From the NCBI RefSeq assembly GCF_000175255.2, contig NC_017262.1, forward strand, positions 300,001 through 332,000: 32,000 nt of DNA, in the 5' to 3' direction. The notes under the pieces were generated by a model, which did no database searches, was not told the DNA's origin, and worked only from the letters and a program-made list of their open reading frames with translations. The position numbers and the translations under genes were made by a program. Position 1 is the stretch's first letter; every line of letters begins with the position of its first letter. The stretch comes from Zymomonas mobilis subsp. mobilis ATCC 10988. Its GTDB lineage: Bacteria; Pseudomonadota; Alphaproteobacteria; Sphingomonadales; Sphingomonadaceae. Below are positions 28,460-32,000 of the stretch, one piece after another.

Positions 28460-30481
28460 TTAAGCCGCCTTATTGTTGCACTTGGCCGCGATCAGTTCTG
28501 CATCGCATTTGGGGCAGAATTTATGCTCGCCTTCCAGATAGCCATGTTTCGGGCAAATCGAGAAAGTCGGCGTGATCGTGATATAAGGCAGTCTGAAATT
28601 CTCCAGCGCGCGGCGCACCAGCTTTTTACAAGCCTCGGCATCCGACATCCGTGAACCCATATAAAGGTGAAGCACCGTGCCGCCGGTATATTTGCTCTGC
28701 AAAATTTCCTGACGCTGCAAGGCTTCAAAAGGATCATCCGTGAAATCAACCGGAAGCTGACTGGAATTGGTATAATAGGGGTTCGTTTCGCTACCGGCCT
28801 GCAACATGTCGGGGAAACGCTTTTTATCTTCGCGCGCGAAACGATAGGTCGCCCCTTCGGCAGGCGTGGCTTCCAGATTATAAAGATGGCCAGTTTCTTC
28901 TTGGAAAGAAACGATTTTAGCGCGGATATGGTCGAGGAAGCGAACCGCAAAGGTTGCACCCCATTCGCTCGTAATATCCTCTTTATCCTCGGTAAAATTA
29001 CGGATCATCTCATTGACGCCGTTAATGCCCAAGGTCGAGAAATGATTCCGCAAAGTGCCAAGATAACGCTTGGTATAGGGGAACAGACCGTTATCAATAT
29101 GCTTCTGGATAACTTTCCGTTTAATTTCGAGACTGGTGCGGCCAATATTCAGCATCGTATCAAGACGATCGAACAGACCTTTTTCATTCCCGCGATACAT
29201 CCGACCAAGGCGGGCGCAGTTGATCGTTACAACCCCCAAAGAACCCGTCTGTTCAGCACTTCCAAAAAGACCATTACCGCGTTTTAACAGTTCGGTCAGA
29301 TCAAGCTGAAGGCGACAACACATGGAACGCACCATATGCGGCTTCAAATCGGAATTCAGGAAGTTCTGGAAATAAGGCAGCCCATATTTAGCCGTCATTT
29401 CAAAAAGACGGGTAGCGTTTTCGCTTTCCCAAGGAAATTCCGGCGTAATATTATAGGTCGGAATCGGGAAGGTAAAGACGCGACCTTTGGCATCGCCCTC
29501 GGTCATGACTTCCATATAAGCACGGTTAATCATGTCCATTTCAGGCTGAAGATCGCCATAGGTAAAGGGCATATCTTCGCCGCCGATCACTGGAATCTGG
29601 TCTTTCAAATCGTCTGGGCAAGTCCAGTCAAAAGTCAGATTGGTAAAGGGCGTCTGGGTGCCCCAACGGGATGGCACATTCAGATTATAGATCAATTCCT
29701 GAATATACTGACGAACCTGCTTATAACTTAAGCCATCTTTTCTGATGAAAGCGGCCATATAGGTGTCAAAGGAACTGAAAGCCTGCGCCCCTGCCCATTC
29801 ATTCTGCAAAGTGCCAAGAAAATTGACAATCTGGCCAATGGCGCTCGACATATGTTTCGGCGGGCGGGCTTCTACTTTACCCGGAACACCATTTAAACCT
29901 TCGGTTAAAAGCGTTCTTAAAGACCAACCGGCACAATAACCGGACAGCATATCTAAATCATGAATATGAAGATCACCGGCACGATGGGCTTCACCGACTT
30001 CCGGCGGATAAATATGGGACAACCAGTAATTGGCAACCACTTTACCGGACACATTCAGAATAAGACCGCCCAAAGAATAACCTTGGTTGGCATTGGCATT
30101 CACGCGCCAATCGGCCTGTTCCAAATATTCATTGATCGAGGATTCAACCTTGACGATAGTTTCCTGATCTTTGCGAGATTTTGATCTTTGTTCACGATAG
30201 ACAATATAAGCACGCGCTGTGGCAAAATAGTCGGAAGAGACTAAAACCTGCTCAACAATATCCTGAATCTGTTCGATTTCTGGTGCGTGATCAGCAAAGC
30301 GATGCAGGATCACTTTCTGCGCCTGTTTCGCTAAGCGAGCGGCTTCGGCATGATCGAACTCACCACTAGCAGCGCCCGCTTTTTCAATCGCAATTCTGAT
30401 CTTGTCGTTATCAAACAGAACTTTATTGCCATTCCGTTTGATAACAAAAGCTGGGAAAGTCGGTGCTGCACGAGCCATCAA
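28460..30481 (-). CDS. nrdD: Anaerobic ribonucleoside-triphosphate reductase, large fragment lacking the glycyl-radical loop
   Basis: 673 aa. N-terminal ATP-cone (VIKRNGNKVLFDNDKIRIAIEKA), a class III RNR core, and a C-terminal Zn site ...TFSICPKHGYLEGEHKFCPKCDAE. It then ends (..NNKAA*) before any RVxGY motif. Confidence 0.88.
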   Translation of the reverse strand: MMARAAPTFPAFVIKRNGNKVLFDNDKIRIAIEKAGAASGEFDHAEAARLAKQAQKVILHRFADHAPEIEQIQDIVEQVLVSSDYFATARAYIVYREQRSKSRKDQETIVKVESSINEYLEQADWRVNANANQGYSLGGLILNVSGKVVANYWLSHIYPPEVGEAHRAGDLHIHDLDMLSGYCAGWSLRTLLTEGLNGVPGKVEARPPKHMSSAIGQIVNFLGTLQNEWAGAQAFSSFDTYMAAFIRKDGLSYKQVRQYIQELIYNLNVPSRWGTQTPFTNLTFDWTCPDDLKDQIPVIGGEDMPFTYGDLQPEMDMINRAYMEVMTEGDAKGRVFTFPIPTYNITPEFPWESENATRLFEMTAKYGLPYFQNFLNSDLKPHMVRSMCCRLQLDLTELLKRGNGLFGSAEQTGSLGVVTINCARLGRMYRGNEKGLFDRLDTMLNIGRTSLEIKRKVIQKHIDNGLFPYTKRYLGTLRNHFSTLGINGVNEMIRNFTEDKEDITSEWGATFAVRFLDHIRAKIVSFQEETGHLYNLEATPAEGATYRFAREDKKRFPDMLQAGSETNPYYTNSSQLPVDFTDDPFEALQRQEILQSKYTGGTVLHLYMGSRMSDAEACKKLVRRALENFRLPYITITPTFSICPKHGYLEGEHKFCPKCDAELIAAKCNNKAA

Positions 30482-30574
30482 TATACCCTCAATTTATCCG
30501 ATAAAATCACAGCAAAAACGGTCGTTTTTTCCTAAAAAAGGCTAAATATCGCCTATGGCTACAGAAAGATTGTA

Positions 30575-30622
30575 ACCATATATGCTGTGTGATTCTGATT
30601 TGGTGATTACTAAATGTTGTAT
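30575..30622 (-). promoter_or_regulatory. Tandem candidate NrdR boxes upstream of nrdD
   Basis: ACCATATATGCTGTGT (30575-30590, 12/16 to acaCwAtATaTwGtgt) and TTACTAAATGTTGTAT (30607-30622, 11/16). The centre-to-centre distance is 32 bp, about three helical turns, as described for NrdR tandem sites. They lie about 95-140 nt upstream of the nrdD ATG. Confidence 0.5.
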
Positions 30623-30674
30623 AAAGCTCTAAATCAACCGAGTATTTTTCGTCAAGCAAAGAGATGGTATTGAC

Positions 30675-30704
30675 AAAAAAGAATGCGCCAAAATAGGCGC
30701 ATTC
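30675..30704 (-). terminator. Rho-independent terminator downstream of queC
   Basis: 9-bp stem GAATGCGCC (30681-30689) / GGCGCATTC (30696-30704), followed on the minus strand by TTTTTT (30680-30675). Confidence 0.75.
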
Positions 30705-30826
30705 GATCTTATGAAAAAAAACGCTTGTCTTTGAATAACAACTTTTTCAAAAAACTCTGTAGGAACGCATAACAGGATGGCACCATCCTTGCTATTTTAA
30801 CAAGAGCCTTACAGAAAAACGGGTTA

Positions 30827-31591
30827 TCAAGAACGGCTTTTCTGATAGCTTTCCCATCCGGCAGCGCGCAATTCACAAGCTGGACAATGACCGCAACCAT
30901 AGCCCCAATCGTGAAGAATTTCTCGCTCACCTAAATAGCAACTGTGGCTTTCCTGCCGAATAATTTCGACCAGCTCTTTACCACCGACTTCTTCGGCCAT
31001 CTGCCAAGTCGAAGCCTTATCAAGCCACATCAACGGCGTATGCAGCACCAACCGCCTTTCGAGACCGAGATTGATCGCTACCTGTAAAGCCTTAATCGTA
31101 TCATCACGACAGTCAGGATAACCGGAATAATCCGTCTCGCACATGCCGCCAACAATATGGCGCAGGCCACGCCGATAAGCGATCGTCGCTGCAAAAGTAA
31201 AGAAGAGCAGATTCCGACCGGGAACAAAACTATTCGGGATTCCGTCTTCACCAAAGGCAATCTCGGTTTCTCGCGTCAAAGCGCAGTCGCTCACCTGATG
31301 AAGCACAGCCAGATCAAGCATATGGTCTTCACCGAGATGGGCTGCCCAATCAGGAAAATTCTGAATCAGCTTTTGTTTCAGATTCTCACGACATTCCAGT
31401 TCGATTTTATGCCGCTGTCCATAATCAAAGCCGATAGTTTCTACCCGATCAAAATGCTCCAAAGCCCAAGCGAGACAGGTCGCGGAATCCTGACCACCGG
31501 AATAAAGAACCAGACATCCTTCATTACTGACTCCTTGACGAATATCGCTCGTAAAAGAAGGCACTGATTTCTTAGTCTGATTCGCAGTCAT
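30827..31591 (-). CDS. queC: 7-cyano-7-deazaguanine synthase
   Basis: 254 aa. PP-loop [11 protein letters not shown] and the C-terminal Zn-binding [10 protein letters not shown], typical of QueC. Confidence 0.9.
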   Translation of the reverse strand: MTANQTKKSVPSFTSDIRQGVSNEGCLVLYSGGQDSATCLAWALEHFDRVETIGFDYGQRHKIELECRENLKQKLIQNFPDWAAHLGEDHMLDLAVLHQVSDCALTRETEIAFGEDGIPNSFVPGRNLLFFTFAATIAYRRGLRHIVGGMCETDYSGYPDCRDDTIKALQVAINLGLERRLVLHTPLMWLDKASTWQMAEEVGGKELVEIIRQESHSCYLGEREILHDWGYGCGHCPACELRAAGWESYQKSRS

Positions 31592-31642
31592 GTATAAACT
31601 TCCTCGAAGGCTTCAATATTCCGGTAAACAAGGCTCAAGCGG

Positions 31643-32000
31643 TCAGGCTTTTTTGCGTTGCTCGGCAATCTGGCGCCATATTTTTATAAATTGGTCAATA
31701 TCGGATTCAGTTGTTTCTCGGCCAAAACTGACTCGGATCACTTCCTGTGCTTCCTTATCTCCCCAACCCATCGCTTTTAAAACTGGACTGGATTTCAGGC
31801 TGCCTGAAGAGCAAGCGCTACCGGCTGATATTGAGATACCGGCCATATCGAACAGAATAAGCTGGGTTTTCGCTACCATATCCGGCATCCGGTAAGATGC
31901 AATAGTGGGTATCCGCTCCGATTGATAGGCGACTACTTCGCCACCAGAAGCGATAATAGCCTGATCGAGTTTTTCTCGCAAAGTGGCTGCTTTTTCAAAC
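31643..32000 (-). CDS. Cysteine desulfurase (class V aminotransferase), 3' part; gene continues beyond the window
   Basis: Active-site loop SAGSACSSGSLKSSPVLKAMG, resembling IscS/NifS. The reading frame stays open to the window edge, so the TTG start in the ORF track is an artefact. Confidence 0.8.
   Translation of the reverse strand, partial: FEKAATLREKLDQAIIASGGEVVAYQSERIPTIASYRMPDMVAKTQLILFDMAGISISAGSACSSGSLKSSPVLKAMGWGDKEAQEVIRVSFGRETTESDIDQFIKIWRQIAEQRKKA

Noticed and set aside
28667-29731. Plus-strand ORFs of 206 aa and 131 aa inside nrdD.
   Set aside because: They are antisense shadow ORFs of a confidently identified gene, with no motifs.
31592-31642. Possible preQ1 riboswitch upstream of queC.
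   Set aside because: The gap to the upstream gene is only 51 nt, has no preQ1 aptamer-like hairpin with an A-rich tail, and holds just an SD (GAGGAAG). queC is probably co-transcribed.

Overview
The window looks like a chromosomal segment of a moderate-GC alphaproteobacterium, probably a Sphingomonadales or Zymomonas-like facultative anaerobe. That assignment is inferred from protein signatures and gene content and was not verified. Most of the window is housekeeping: parC, purC, the pstSCAB operon divergent from a porin gene preceded by a phased Pho-box array, mscL, a lemA/TPM pair, a NUDIX hydrolase, tRNA-Arg(TCT), a 1058-aa TonB-dependent receptor, an aerobic class I RNR alpha subunit, tRNA-Thr(GGT), argG, a periplasmic EF-hand protein, cfa, rlmN, an ABC-2 exporter pair, the anaerobic RNR genes nrdD/nrdG, queC, and a partial cysteine desulfurase. 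The only clearly accessory stretch is the 2.2-kb parC-purC interval (about 2307-4534). It holds a GC-rich scar of an integrative conjugative element, in which the first 16 codons of an integrase abut a DUF2274-type gene. Next comes a strongly AT-rich orphan gene (2959-3912) whose product carries a HEPN-like RNLHSH (Rx4H) motif, followed by about 620 bp with no substantial ORF. That orphan gene and its non-coding tail are my best candidate for an undescribed defence or toxin-type system. The second notable point is that the class III RNR is split. The glycyl-radical motif (RVMGY) sits on a separate 62-aa ORF with its own Shine-Dalgarno (SD) sequence, between nrdD and nrdG. No CRISPR array, intact transposase or rRNA gene was seen.
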